A stretch of DNA of 64,000 nt, taken from Chloroflexota bacterium (lineage in GTDB: Bacteria > Chloroflexota > Anaerolineae > B4-G1). The position numbers were made by a program, and so were the translations under genes. Location: contig JAAZAN010000096.1 in assembly GCA_012514315.1 (NCBI GenBank), positions 1,884-65,883 of the forward strand, written 5' to 3'. Position 1 is the first letter of the stretch. Each line of letters opens with the position of its first letter. Positions 17,281 to 30,583 of the stretch are shown piece by piece. The notes under the pieces are model-generated. The model ran no database searches, was not told the DNA's origin, and saw only the letters and a program-made list of their open reading frames with translations.

Positions 17281-19311
17281 TCACGAACCAAGGCACTCAA
17301 TTGGCAACACAACCGCATCAGATGCTGGTAGATCGCTTGGCCAGATGATGCCCGTGGCCGGTTCCCACATTCCAACGCGGAGAACGTAGCGCCCAGGCGG
17401 CACGTGCGGGATAACCCGTAGGTCGCGCAGACGCTCACCAGGTAGCCACAGCCAGAATGGCCGCATCCCCAGAAGCGGATATCCATCTGCCTGGGCAACG
17501 GTATTCCCATGTGAGTCAGCCAGGTGCACGGAGACGGTCACATCGTTATGTACTGCGGTCTGTGTGTGCCACGTGAGTTCGAGTTCGACGGAGCCCTGCG
17601 CGGAGCAGGCTACATCCACCGACGCGAGGGCGATGCGCTGCGCCCCGTCAGGGCTCTCATAGCGCGCGAGTGACACGTCAGGCAGACCCGCCTCGATCGG
17701 CCCGCCCGCCTCAATGAGATGAATCGTGTCTGTCGCATAGCGGACCAGGTACACCATGCGTGCCTGGCGGGTGAGATCGGCCAGTTCCTCCCAGCCGAGG
17801 ACGGGGCCCCAGTAGAGCACGTCGTACGTTGAAGGAGGGTCGCCCGCTACGACACCGGCAGCACCTGAGTATGCAGCGTCATGCAGCCCCGTGTGGACCA
17901 GTACGAGATCGGCGGCGGCGACACGTTGTGGAAGTGGCGTGATCCCCTCAAAGCCCAGCGGGTAGATGCGTCGGTGAGGTGTGATCCGCATCGGAAGGTT
18001 GATCAGAAGAATCGGGGAGTCCGATGAATCCTCGTATCCAGAACGGGAATCTGTCTGCGCGGCGGTAGCGCTGGCCCAGATCACGTCACCAACCATCCGG
18101 TACAGCCTCATCCCACCGCGGATGTAGATGATCGCAGGTACAAGGACCAGAGCGGCCAGAGACAGACTCCCGGGCGCAAGCCAGGCGCGCGCCGGCCGAC
18201 TGATTCGATCCATCAGCGGAACAAGCCACGCAGTGATAGCGGCCGTCCACACCAGGGCGACGCCGCCTGCAGTCATGTACAGGTAACGTGGCGCGAGAGC
18301 AAACCAGTCGGCCGCCATGGATACTGTCGGCGGCATTGAGAATAGAGCTATCCAACCTAAGCCGAGCAAGACCGCATCGGCGCTGCGATGGAGTCCGGCC
18401 CACATAGCCAGAGCGAGGGTGAACAGCGCAATCGCCCACAGCTCGACCTCCGGGTTGAAGCCCAACCATTCGGCGACGACCTGAGCCAATGGCGCCGTGG
18501 GGTAGATCAGGCCCTGAAGTACAAAGCCGGCGTTGTGTAGAAGATCCATTGGGACAAGCCCGAACCCAGTCACACCGACGCCTCGCATCGCTCGCCACAA
18601 AACCAGCCCACCGAGAAAGATCGCTGCGAACGGCAGCGCGTACCACCAGCTACGATTGGGCCAGCGCGCACGATGGCGCCCCAGCACCTCAACCAACACG
18701 ATGGCTGCGGGAAGAAGCAGCCCCACCTCATACATCAGTGGCGCCAGAGCTGCCAGAATGATTGCAGGCATGAGCCACAAGACGCCTCGGGAATGTGGCC
18801 CGACTCGAGCGTGACGCGCCCTGTCGTATGCCAGGATGGCGCCGGTCGCCATTGCACTGACGAGAGGGTTGTATACAGCGCCTGGCCAGACCACCGCCTG
18901 CCTGGAGAACGGAAATACCGCGAACATGACTGTCGCAATTGCCGCTGGCACTGAGCTCCGGTCGCCTCTGACCCGCACGTCGATCCACTCGCTGGCCAGG
19001 ATTCCGATGAGCCACGCGGCCGCGAAGTGCGCCAGTAGATTGAGTGCGTGCAGGGGAAAGGGGCTGAGCCCACCCGGGACCAGGTCCATCATACGCCACA
19101 AGGAGTACCACAACGGGCGGTAATAGCCGTACGGACTTGGGCCTGTCCACAATTCAGGCCACGAGATCGTCTGCAGCCAGGGAATCTGAACGAGATCATC
19201 GGAGAAGAGGGGTAGGGACAGGGCGTCTCCGTACAGGCACCCGGTCAGCACGAGTGCAAGTATGCCCGAGATGACTGCTGGACGACTTAGGAGTGGCAGA
19301 ATACGTCGCAT
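17281..19311 (-). CDS. Large polytopic membrane protein, GT-C (ArnT/PMT-like) glycosyltransferase fold suspected, with a C-terminal soluble domain
   Basis: More than 10 hydrophobic segments in the first ~430 aa, then a soluble ~250-aa tail. The start is ambiguous (19311 MRRILPLL or 19359). Confidence 0.5.
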   Translation of the reverse strand: MRRILPLLSRPAVISGILALVLTGCLYGDALSLPLFSDDLVQIPWLQTISWPELWTGPSPYGYYRPLWYSLWRMMDLVPGGLSPFPLHALNLLAHFAAAWLIGILASEWIDVRVRGDRSSVPAAIATVMFAVFPFSRQAVVWPGAVYNPLVSAMATGAILAYDRARHARVGPHSRGVLWLMPAIILAALAPLMYEVGLLLPAAIVLVEVLGRHRARWPNRSWWYALPFAAIFLGGLVLWRAMRGVGVTGFGLVPMDLLHNAGFVLQGLIYPTAPLAQVVAEWLGFNPEVELWAIALFTLALAMWAGLHRSADAVLLGLGWIALFSMPPTVSMAADWFALAPRYLYMTAGGVALVWTAAITAWLVPLMDRISRPARAWLAPGSLSLAALVLVPAIIYIRGGMRLYRMVGDVIWASATAAQTDSRSGYEDSSDSPILLINLPMRITPHRRIYPLGFEGITPLPQRVAAADLVLVHTGLHDAAYSGAAGVVAGDPPSTYDVLYWGPVLGWEELADLTRQARMVYLVRYATDTIHLIEAGGPIEAGLPDVSLARYESPDGAQRIALASVDVACSAQGSVELELTWHTQTAVHNDVTVSVHLADSHGNTVAQADGYPLLGMRPFWLWLPGERLRDLRVIPHVPPGRYVLRVGMWEPATGIIWPSDLPASDAVVLPIECLGS

Positions 19312-19456
19312 CGTGTGGCGCCGCAGGCTCCATTCGTTGTGATGTGGGCCGAAGGTCACCGGAACCCGGTGTCCAGAATCTATTCTACTCCAACATCGTC
19401 GAACCGTGAAGCCCGGAGTTCATTCGGACAACCGTGCGTCGCCTCAGCGCTCGCGA

Positions 19457-19485
19457 TTGGGTGGGCATAGGCTACGTGGTATAAT
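19457..19485 (+). promoter_or_regulatory. Promoter candidate for the NUDIX gene
   Basis: TTGGGT, 17-nt spacer, TATAAT (19480-19485) with an extended -10 TG. CAGGAGG RBS before the ATG at 19528. Confidence 0.5.
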
Positions 19486-19527
19486 GATGCTGCATCAGGC
19501 GGGCAGTCTCCCAGGAGGTATGGCTGT

Positions 19528-19977
19528 ATGGAACACCGGCGAACAGAGCGGTACCTCGCCGCGGGCGGGGTCGTGGTACACGATAACCAGGTGCTGGTAT
19601 TACGTCGGCCGCATCGCGCTGAGGTGCGGCTTCCCAAGGGACATGTCGAACCGGGAGAGGATGCCGCGGAGGCCGCTATTCGCGAGACACAGGAGGAGAG
19701 CGGCTATCAGGATGTCCGTATCATCGCGGATCTCGGCATTCAGGAGGTCGTGTTCGACTTCCAGGGCCGTCACATCGAGCGGATCGAGCACTACTTCCTG
19801 ATGAATCTGACCAGTACGGCGGATGATGACGCGGTACCGGACCCAGTCGGGGGCGAACCCCAGTTCGACCCGATCTGGCTGCCTTGGAATGAAGCGATGG
19901 ATGCGCTCAGCTTTCCCGCGGAGAAGGAGTGGGTGCGCCGGGCTTACGCCCTGTCCGCACGCGGGTATGGAGTGTAG
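19528..19977 (+). CDS. NUDIX hydrolase
   Basis: Nudix box GHVEPGEDAAEAAIRETQEESGY. Confidence 0.85.
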   Translation: MEHRRTERYLAAGGVVVHDNQVLVLRRPHRAEVRLPKGHVEPGEDAAEAAIRETQEESGYQDVRIIADLGIQEVVFDFQGRHIERIEHYFLMNLTSTADDDAVPDPVGGEPQFDPIWLPWNEAMDALSFPAEKEWVRRAYALSARGYGV

Positions 19978-20048
19978 TCAGCGGTCACTGGGTATCCAGC
20001 GACCCGTGCGGCAGGCGCACAGACGGGGGCGAAGACTGAGGTCTCCCG

Positions 20049-20903
20049 CTAGGTCACGAAGGCAGGCTTGGGGCCACGCGGTCCCCCGCAGTTGGGACAC
20101 CTGGTCAGGTGAGCCTCAGCTTCGCTGTAACCGTGGCCACAGTACTCACAGTGCGTCCACGCCCGGATGGCCGCCTCGCGCGCACGCCGGCGCGCCTCGT
20201 TGATGCGGCGTTCATTGAGGTACGACTTCTCAGCGGCTTCGCCGACACGGTCAATCACCTTCCAGACGCGGCTGGGTAACCTGAGATCCTGGACATCCTC
20301 CACAACGCGCTCAACTCCCTGCAGCACGTGTCCGGCCGCATCCAGTAGCGCGCCCGGACCGCGTCCGCGGCGCCGCAGCAGCACATCACGGCTCTGCTGC
20401 AGGACGGTGGCTCCCATAGAGCTCCACGCACCACGCGCCGAGTCCTGGTTGAGGTCGCTCAACGTCACAGTGAGTGTGTCCGCCTGATAGACCAACGTGG
20501 CGGTCAGGGCGGGCACAAACCCATGAAACCCTCCCTGTTGGCTCTGAAGGATGGTGACCTCAGTCGCCTCAGCGGCCTGTCTGACCTCAACTCGCGTATC
20601 GGCATCCGCGATCTCCTGACCGAGCGCGTTGATGATGATCTCTGGGCGGACTCCTTCGTATGTCGCCGGGTTCCGATGCGGGGCGACTGCTCCGGCCAGA
20701 ACGCCAGCACCGATACCCACACCGGCCAGGGCGCTATCCGGGCCGCTCCCACCGCTTGGCGCGGTCGTTGGCTCGCGCTCGAACTCGAAGCCTCGGTTAA
20801 GACGGGCACGCTCCGCTGCCAACCACTCTTCCAGACTCTGATCCTTCTCACCCATTGGCCACCCCGCTGTGGGAGAAATCAATGCAACCGATCGGACGTC
20901 CAC
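20049..20903 (-). CDS. Hypothetical protein with C-terminal zinc ribbon
   Basis: 284-aa ORF ending HCEYCGHGYSEAEAHLTRCPNCGG. Alternative start at 20855. Confidence 0.5.
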   Translation of the reverse strand: MDVRSVALISPTAGWPMGEKDQSLEEWLAAERARLNRGFEFEREPTTAPSGGSGPDSALAGVGIGAGVLAGAVAPHRNPATYEGVRPEIIINALGQEIADADTRVEVRQAAEATEVTILQSQQGGFHGFVPALTATLVYQADTLTVTLSDLNQDSARGAWSSMGATVLQQSRDVLLRRRGRGPGALLDAAGHVLQGVERVVEDVQDLRLPSRVWKVIDRVGEAAEKSYLNERRINEARRRAREAAIRAWTHCEYCGHGYSEAEAHLTRCPNCGGPRGPKPAFVT

Positions 20904-20945
20904 ATTGTAGCACGGGAATCCGTTGTCTCCAAGTCTACTCGCGCG

Positions 20946-22046
20946 CTAGACTGCGCCCACGATGTCCTTGAGGCGTGAGGCATAATAGTAGTAGTTCGTC
21001 CAGCTCACGTCGTCCGGAATCAGGTGATCAAGGTCGGGAATGTAGCGCCCTTGCGCGATGGCCGGGCGGATTCTCTCCAGCTCCCGATCGATGTCGGCAC
21101 GGCCCCTGGCGAGGACGCGCTTGTCTATACCGCCCATGAGGGCGAGCGTGGGGCGCTGTGCTCGCCACACGTTGACATCACAGTCCGCAGCTACCTCCAT
21201 CGGAAACAGCAGGTTCACTCCACAATCGACCATGTGGGACGCGATCATGCTCGGGTTGCCATCGGTATCGACTGAGACAACGGGTATCCCGTGCTCGTCC
21301 GCAAATCGGCGAATGCGCCGATAGTGAGGCCCCATAAACTCCATCCAGTGTCTCGGTGAGATCAGCGGTCCGCTTCGAAAGCACATATCCTCCCACAGGT
21401 GAATGACGTCAACCCGTATCTCGCGAACGACTTGCTCGAAAACGGTAAGGTACAACGTCGTCATGTGGTTCATGATATCGTGCACAAGGTCCGGCGCGGT
21501 GTGGAACGCGACGAGTCCCTCTTCGTCGCCAAGAAGCCAGCGCACCGGTCCGAATATCCCAGCGTCAGGGAAGTCGCCGAGCTGAATGGGATAACCGCGA
21601 TTCATCCACTCCGCTCCCAGCTTGCGCCAGTCGCCCGCAAGTCGCGCTGGGTCATTGGGATTGAGGCGTTCGCGCTTGAACTCCTCCCAGGTCGGCCAGT
21701 CGAGCACCGGGAACTCCAGGAATTCGGACATCGACTCCCTGTGCCGGAAATCGCGGCGCTTGATGCCCCAGCTGTCGAGATGGATGACAAACTCTGGCGT
21801 CTCTTCGAATACTACCGGGTCAAATCGTGGGCAAGGCCCGGTGTTCACTGGCAGTGCCAGAGGGGGCTGGTCAGGACCGAAAAGTGATCGGTGATCTGTG
21901 ACCGCACTCGGCTTTCCTTCTCGGGTCCACCGTTCCCAGGTAGTCGCCCAAGGACCCCAGAAGAGCCAATACGGTGGTCGATCCACCGGCTCCCCGAGGA
22001 CACAGGCGACAAATCGCTCGCGGTCAGTCATTGGCGACCCTGTCAT
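20946..22046 (-). CDS. URO-D family protein (second paralog), substrate unknown
   Basis: TDRERFVACVLGEPVDRPPYW N-terminus, a TIM-barrel-length ORF, and GRYIPDLDHLIPDDV near the C-terminus. Confidence 0.7.
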   Translation of the reverse strand: MTGSPMTDRERFVACVLGEPVDRPPYWLFWGPWATTWERWTREGKPSAVTDHRSLFGPDQPPLALPVNTGPCPRFDPVVFEETPEFVIHLDSWGIKRRDFRHRESMSEFLEFPVLDWPTWEEFKRERLNPNDPARLAGDWRKLGAEWMNRGYPIQLGDFPDAGIFGPVRWLLGDEEGLVAFHTAPDLVHDIMNHMTTLYLTVFEQVVREIRVDVIHLWEDMCFRSGPLISPRHWMEFMGPHYRRIRRFADEHGIPVVSVDTDGNPSMIASHMVDCGVNLLFPMEVAADCDVNVWRAQRPTLALMGGIDKRVLARGRADIDRELERIRPAIAQGRYIPDLDHLIPDDVSWTNYYYYASRLKDIVGAV

Positions 22047-22290
22047 CAGCAGTCTGAGGCCCTCCTTATGAGAAGATCAGAGGCGCTCTGGTCAGCGGCG
22101 TAGGTGAGCAAGTCGACGCTTGACCCTGGAAGCTGCACGATATCACGATCGAGACGCTCTGTCAAATCGGTTGTCCATTCGGCGAAACCGTTTGACTTCT
22201 CTGAGACCTAGAGTCATAATATTGGAGGAGCACGGCAGGCAGGTGTTGTGGTATTGTGAAGCGTCTCGTCAGACGCGGGGAGTGTGGGAT

Positions 22291-22716
22291 ATGGCACGTA
22301 GACGGGTCCGGAACAGATGGTGGGGCAGGCCGAGAAGATTGCTGTGGCGGTTTCTCGTCTCCGGAATTGTGGCATTCGTTGCCTGGTGGTGGGTGCGGCA
22401 TCGTGGCGAGCATTCGTCCGAGGAAACCGAATCGTCAATCCGGATCGGCGGACAGGAAACACCGGGTGAGCCCATGATACATGGGATGGCGGACGTTCAA
22501 GACGATCTTCAGCAGATCGAAGGCATTGGACCCAAGGTGAATGCGCTGCTCCGCGACGCGGGTATCACCACATTCGAGAGCCTGGCGACGACGGATGTTG
22601 ATCAACTGAAGAGCGTTCTGCGTCGCGCCGATCTGGCGATGATTGATCCCTCAGGCTGGCCCGCCAAGGCCAGATTAGCCGCAGGCGAGGCCGCAGTGGA
22701 CACAGAGCCCGCGTAG
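22291..22716 (+). CDS. Small membrane-anchored protein with C-terminal helix-hairpin-helix motif
   Basis: ATG at 22291. Arg-rich N-terminus, one TM (FLVSGIVAFVAWWWV), and HhH-like IEGIGPKVNALLRDAGITTFESLA. Confidence 0.5.
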   Translation: MARRRVRNRWWGRPRRLLWRFLVSGIVAFVAWWWVRHRGEHSSEETESSIRIGGQETPGEPMIHGMADVQDDLQQIEGIGPKVNALLRDAGITTFESLATTDVDQLKSVLRRADLAMIDPSGWPAKARLAAGEAAVDTEPA

Positions 22717-22879
22717 CGAGCCAAGCCATCGCGGCGAGCCTACGTTCGGGCGACGGTGGCGGCATCGCTTCGGACCGCGCTACGCAGCAGCCTTCTTGAC
22801 TGGGTGCACGAGGCAGGCCTGTCGTGCACGCTGTATCGGTCGCTGCTATGTCGACAGTACTTCGTCGCGCTCTGACTGG

Positions 22880-22937
22880 CAGCGGCTTAGGACGACCTGC
22901 ACTCGTGAGGATTGGGGCAGGTCGTCCTAAGCCGCTG
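22880..22937. terminator. Perfect 21-bp stem / 16-nt loop hairpin between convergent genes
   Basis: CAGCGGCTTAGGACGACCTGC (22880-22900) pairs with GCAGGTCGTCCTAAGCCGCTG (22917-22937). It ends 4 nt from the stop of the minus-strand gene. No clear U-tract on either strand. Confidence 0.5.
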
Positions 22938-22941
22938 GTAT

Positions 22942-23589
22942 CTAGGCAGCCTTCTCGCCACATTCCGAGCAGAATTTCGCTCCGGGTGTCAGTTTGGCTC
23001 CACACTGAGCACAGTGGCCCGCGTCCTTGATCTTGGCGCCACACTCAGGGCAAAACTTCGCATTGGTCGCGAGAGGCGCTTCGCAGTTAGGGCAAGTGGC
23101 CCGGATCGTCTCCCTCCAGTCCTCCCTCGTCAGATGCTTATCCTCTGCCGCCATAGCTGCATGCGCCCAGACTTCCTCCACTGAACGGGTGGATTGAGCG
23201 GCCGACATCTCCACGCCCAGATCTGGCGCGCACTCCTTGCAGAGGCCCCGTCTGGTGTTCCAGCAGCCCTTCCGGCACACCCAGGTCGAACACCGCGGGC
23301 ACTGAACGAAAGATGGCTTGATCTCCTCCAGCGCGTGTCCAAACGCGTCGTCATGCGCCTTCTGCCATCCTGCCGACCGCACACGCTCGCCCACATTGGC
23401 AGCCGATCCGAGCACGCCGCCGAAGAGACTGCCAGCAGCATCCAGCACGGCCGATGCGGTACCGACACTCCATGCCTTGAAGGGAGTTCGGAATCCAGAG
23501 CCACATCTGTTGCAGAAGAACTCAAACTGGAAGCCCCGCTCTGTGCTGAGATCCCCATAGTTGGACACAAACTCGATGTTCTGATCCAT
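22942..23589 (-). CDS. Multi-zinc-ribbon protein (C-terminal double zinc ribbon)
   Basis: ATG at 23589 (MDQNIEF). CNRCG...CPRCSTWVC...CKEC, then CPNCEAPL..FCPECGAKI..HCAQCGAKL..FCSECG. Confidence 0.6.
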   Translation of the reverse strand: MDQNIEFVSNYGDLSTERGFQFEFFCNRCGSGFRTPFKAWSVGTASAVLDAAGSLFGGVLGSAANVGERVRSAGWQKAHDDAFGHALEEIKPSFVQCPRCSTWVCRKGCWNTRRGLCKECAPDLGVEMSAAQSTRSVEEVWAHAAMAAEDKHLTREDWRETIRATCPNCEAPLATNAKFCPECGAKIKDAGHCAQCGAKLTPGAKFCSECGEKAA

Positions 23590-23742
23590 GTCTATGCACC
23601 TCACGGTAGAGTGATGTCAGGCTCACGCGAGACGACGCCTGGCCACTCGGACACCGTCAACCAGCCGTTGGGTGTGTCGCATGAACCGGACAGCATGATA
23701 GTACTGAATGCTCGGTTGTCAACCGATGGAGAGGCGAATGAC

Positions 23743-27219
<3,477 letters not shown>

Positions 27220-27269
27220 GACCGAATTGGGTCCCGTGAGCCTGCTGACAAGAGGAGTGGGGGCGCCCT

Positions 27270-29639
27270 ATGCCGATAAGTGAGCGAGTGACGCGGCTGC
27301 GCGCTGAGAGCCTGGCCGCCGTGCCCTCGATATCGACCGAACGAGCTGAGCTTGTCACGGCGTTCTACCGCGAGCATCAGCACGCGCTCCTGGCGCCTCC
27401 ACTGCTGCGCGCGCAGGCCTTCGCGTACCTGATGGAGCACAGGACGCTCTACCTGAGCCCAGATGAGCTGATCGTGGGCGAGAAAGGACCTGCTCCCAAG
27501 GCAACGCCAACTTACCCCGAGCTATGCTGCCACAGTCTCGCTGATCTCGATATCCTGAACTCGCGTCAGAAGATCCCGTTTCGTGTCTCATCAGAGGCTC
27601 GCCGGACGTACGATGAGATCGTGATTCCGTTCTGGCGCGGGCGTTCCATGCGCGATTTGATCTTCTCCGAGATGACGCCCGAGTGGATTGCTGCGTATGA
27701 GGCCGGCGTCTTCACGGAATTCATGGAGCAGCGCGCCCCGGGCCATACCGTTCTAGACGACAAAATCTACAGACGCGGCTTTCTCGACTTCAGGGTTCAG
27801 ATAGAGCACGCGCTGGCCCGGATCGACCCCCTGTCAGATCCGGAAGCATACGCCAGGCAGAATGAACTGCGGGCCATGCTCATCTGCATCGATGCCCTGC
27901 TGCGTATGGCGCAGCGTTACGCCGAGCGTGCGCGGGAGCTGGCTGTGCTGGAGATGGACCCAACCCGTCGCTCTGAGCTACTCCGGATCGCCAGCGTGTG
28001 TATGCACGTTCCGGCCCACGCTCCGCGTGACTTCTGGGAAGCGCTGCAGAGCTACTGGTTCGTGCACCTGGGTGTCACGACCGAATTGAATACATGGGAT
28101 TCGTTCTCACCGGGCAGGCTTGATCAGCATCTTCTGCCGTTCTATCAGCAGGGACTGGCGGACGGGACGTTGACACGAAATGCGGCAGAGGAGCTGCTGC
28201 AATGTCTTTGGATCAAGTTCAATAACCAACCGGCCCCGCCCAAGGTTGGCGTAACAGCCGAAGAGAGCGGCACCTACACGGACTTCGCCCAGATCAACCT
28301 GGGCGGCTTGCGTCCTGACGGATCTGACGGCGTCAACGAGGTCACGTACCTACTGCTGGATGTGGTTGAGGAGATGCGACTGATCCAGCCCAGCGCATCG
28401 ATTCAGGTGAGTAGGCTCAGTCCAGACCCGTTCATCAAGCGGGCCGGCCGCGTGATCCGCACGGGCTTTGGCCAGCCGTCGATCTTCAATGCGGACCTGA
28501 TCGTGCAGGAGCTCCTGCGACAGGGCAAATCGTTGATGGATGCGCGCAGTGGCGGCTCCAGTGGCTGCGTTGAGGTAGGAGCTTTCGGCAAAGAGAACTA
28601 CAATCTGACGGGCTACTTCAACCTGCCCAAAGTACTTGAACTCACACTGCACGACGGCGTGGATCCACGATCGGGTGAGAGGGTGGGGCTCGCGACGGGA
28701 GCGCCGACTTCATTTGAGACGTTCGAAGACTTGCTGAAGGCGTACTCTGCTCAGGTGAACCACCTGGTCGACGTGAAGGTGCGGGGCAACAACGCGATCG
28801 AACGGATGTATGCCAGCATGATGCCATGCCCGTTCCTGTCGCTGTTGATCGATGACTGCATTCCACAGGGTAAGGACTATCACGACGGCGGCGCGCGGTA
28901 CAACACGAGCTACATTCAAGGAGTTGGTCTGGGTTCGATCACCGATGAGCTGACCTCTATCCGGCGCCACGTGTTCGATGAGCGTTCACTCAGCATGGCA
29001 GAGCTGATGACTGTTCTGGAAGCTGACTTCGATGGTTTTGAGCGGTTGCACGGCATGCTGATGAACCGGACGCCGAAGTACGGCAATGATGACGACTACG
29101 CGGACAGTGTGATGCAGGCCATCTTCGAGATCTACTACCAGGCCGTGGAGGACCGCCCCAACACTCGGGGCGGACACTATCACATCAACATGCTGCCGAC
29201 GACGGTCCACGTATACTTTGGAGCGGTCACTGGAGCGATGCCAGATGGGCGCAGGTCCGGCGAGCCGCTTTCGGAGGGCATATCGCCGGTTCAGGGCGCC
29301 GATCGCCATGGCCCAACCGCCGTGTTGCGCTCGGCAGCCAAGCTCGACCACGTGCGCACAGGCGGCACCTTACTCAACCAGAAGCTGACGCCCTCGCTGC
29401 TGGCCAAGGACGAGGACCTGGACAATGTCGGATACCTGGTGAGGTCATACTTCGCGATGAACGGACACCACATTCAGTTCAATGTGGTTGACGCGTCCAT
29501 ACTGCGAGCTGCGCAGCGCGATCCTGATCGATTCAGAGACCTCATTGTGCGGGTGGCTGGATACAGCGACTACTTCTGTGACCTGAGCGAGTCTCTCCAG
29601 AACGAGATCATATCCCGCACCGAGCACAGTGTCCTGTAG
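27270..29639 (+). CDS. Glycyl radical enzyme, PFL2/dehydratase clade (trans-4-hydroxy-L-proline dehydratase-like candidate)
   Basis: 789 aa. Glycyl radical motif RVAGYSDYF (Gly764, nt 29559-29561). Thiyl loop GCVE (Cys433 nt 28566-28568, Glu435). Starts 50 nt after the GH127 stop. Confidence 0.85.
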   Translation: MPISERVTRLRAESLAAVPSISTERAELVTAFYREHQHALLAPPLLRAQAFAYLMEHRTLYLSPDELIVGEKGPAPKATPTYPELCCHSLADLDILNSRQKIPFRVSSEARRTYDEIVIPFWRGRSMRDLIFSEMTPEWIAAYEAGVFTEFMEQRAPGHTVLDDKIYRRGFLDFRVQIEHALARIDPLSDPEAYARQNELRAMLICIDALLRMAQRYAERARELAVLEMDPTRRSELLRIASVCMHVPAHAPRDFWEALQSYWFVHLGVTTELNTWDSFSPGRLDQHLLPFYQQGLADGTLTRNAAEELLQCLWIKFNNQPAPPKVGVTAEESGTYTDFAQINLGGLRPDGSDGVNEVTYLLLDVVEEMRLIQPSASIQVSRLSPDPFIKRAGRVIRTGFGQPSIFNADLIVQELLRQGKSLMDARSGGSSGCVEVGAFGKENYNLTGYFNLPKVLELTLHDGVDPRSGERVGLATGAPTSFETFEDLLKAYSAQVNHLVDVKVRGNNAIERMYASMMPCPFLSLLIDDCIPQGKDYHDGGARYNTSYIQGVGLGSITDELTSIRRHVFDERSLSMAELMTVLEADFDGFERLHGMLMNRTPKYGNDDDYADSVMQAIFEIYYQAVEDRPNTRGGHYHINMLPTTVHVYFGAVTGAMPDGRRSGEPLSEGISPVQGADRHGPTAVLRSAAKLDHVRTGGTLLNQKLTPSLLAKDEDLDNVGYLVRSYFAMNGHHIQFNVVDASILRAAQRDPDRFRDLIVRVAGYSDYFCDLSESLQNEIISRTEHSVL

Positions 29640-29858
29640 GCGGGTGTACGCAGTCTGGCGGTACGGGACCAATACGATGCGGCTGCTCTCCGGTTGGCAA
29701 GGCCTACCCCCGGATCGAAGCGCACATTCGCAGACAGAACGATCATTTGTGTGTCTGCGCGCAAAGTGCTACAATCCGATCGTCCTTGGCGCGCCTGCGA
29801 ACAGGGCGCTCCGATCAGGCCTGAGCCGAGTGAATGAGATCTCAAAGGAGAGGGCAAC

Positions 29859-30515
29859 GTGCTGCGCGAGGGGTTATCCGTGCTGAAGATGCCTGTCGAG
29901 ACACTGCCGGAGGGATGGGTTGTAGCCGCCGTTGTCGCAGCTCTGGCAATCGTGACTATGCTGATGTGGGCACAGGCTTTCCTGTTGCATCGGCGCTACA
30001 CAGGGCCCTACACGTTGCTTGAAGCCTCGGCGCAGGATAAATGGCGCCGGGCTGTGGCAATCGCGTTCTGGGAGACGGCGCCTGTTCTGGCGGCCGGTAT
30101 GCTCGTCGCCATACTGGACGTAAGGACCAATCACCTGATGCTCTATCCGCTGCTTGGTCTGGGGTCCTGGCTGGTTCTCTTCTCGCTGACCTTGCAGGTG
30201 AGCCGCCAGCGCATGGATTTCCGACTCAAACGATACATTGCGCTAGACCGGGCGATCCAGTCCGATGGCTCCGGAGAGCGCGTCCGACGGTTGGTGCGCC
30301 GTCTCCCGCGATGGCTTGACACGGTCGAGATCCAGGAGTTCGCTGAACGAGGCTACAGCGTACGCATGCCAGCGACTGACCCGGCGCCTACACAGGAAGG
30401 CCACGCTGCCGCAGTGATGGCGGACGAAGCAGCTCCACCGCCCCTCGAAGGCCAGACAGCCCCCCCGCCGTCGGAGGACGCCTCCTCTGCGCCGCGCCCG
30501 CCCATTCCGCTCTAG
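29859..30515 (+). CDS. Hypothetical membrane protein with Pro-rich C-terminus
   Basis: GTG start after AAGGAGAGGG. Three or four hydrophobic helices. Tail APPPLEGQTAPPPSEDASSAPRPPIPL. Confidence 0.5.
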   Translation: MLREGLSVLKMPVETLPEGWVVAAVVAALAIVTMLMWAQAFLLHRRYTGPYTLLEASAQDKWRRAVAIAFWETAPVLAAGMLVAILDVRTNHLMLYPLLGLGSWLVLFSLTLQVSRQRMDFRLKRYIALDRAIQSDGSGERVRRLVRRLPRWLDTVEIQEFAERGYSVRMPATDPAPTQEGHAAAVMADEAAPPPLEGQTAPPPSEDASSAPRPPIPL

Positions 30516-30583
30516 CGCGAGCTCGAGCCGGCGCTCCCACGCTACAGCCGGCAGGGCGCAGTGGACGTGAGGATCCGCGCTCC

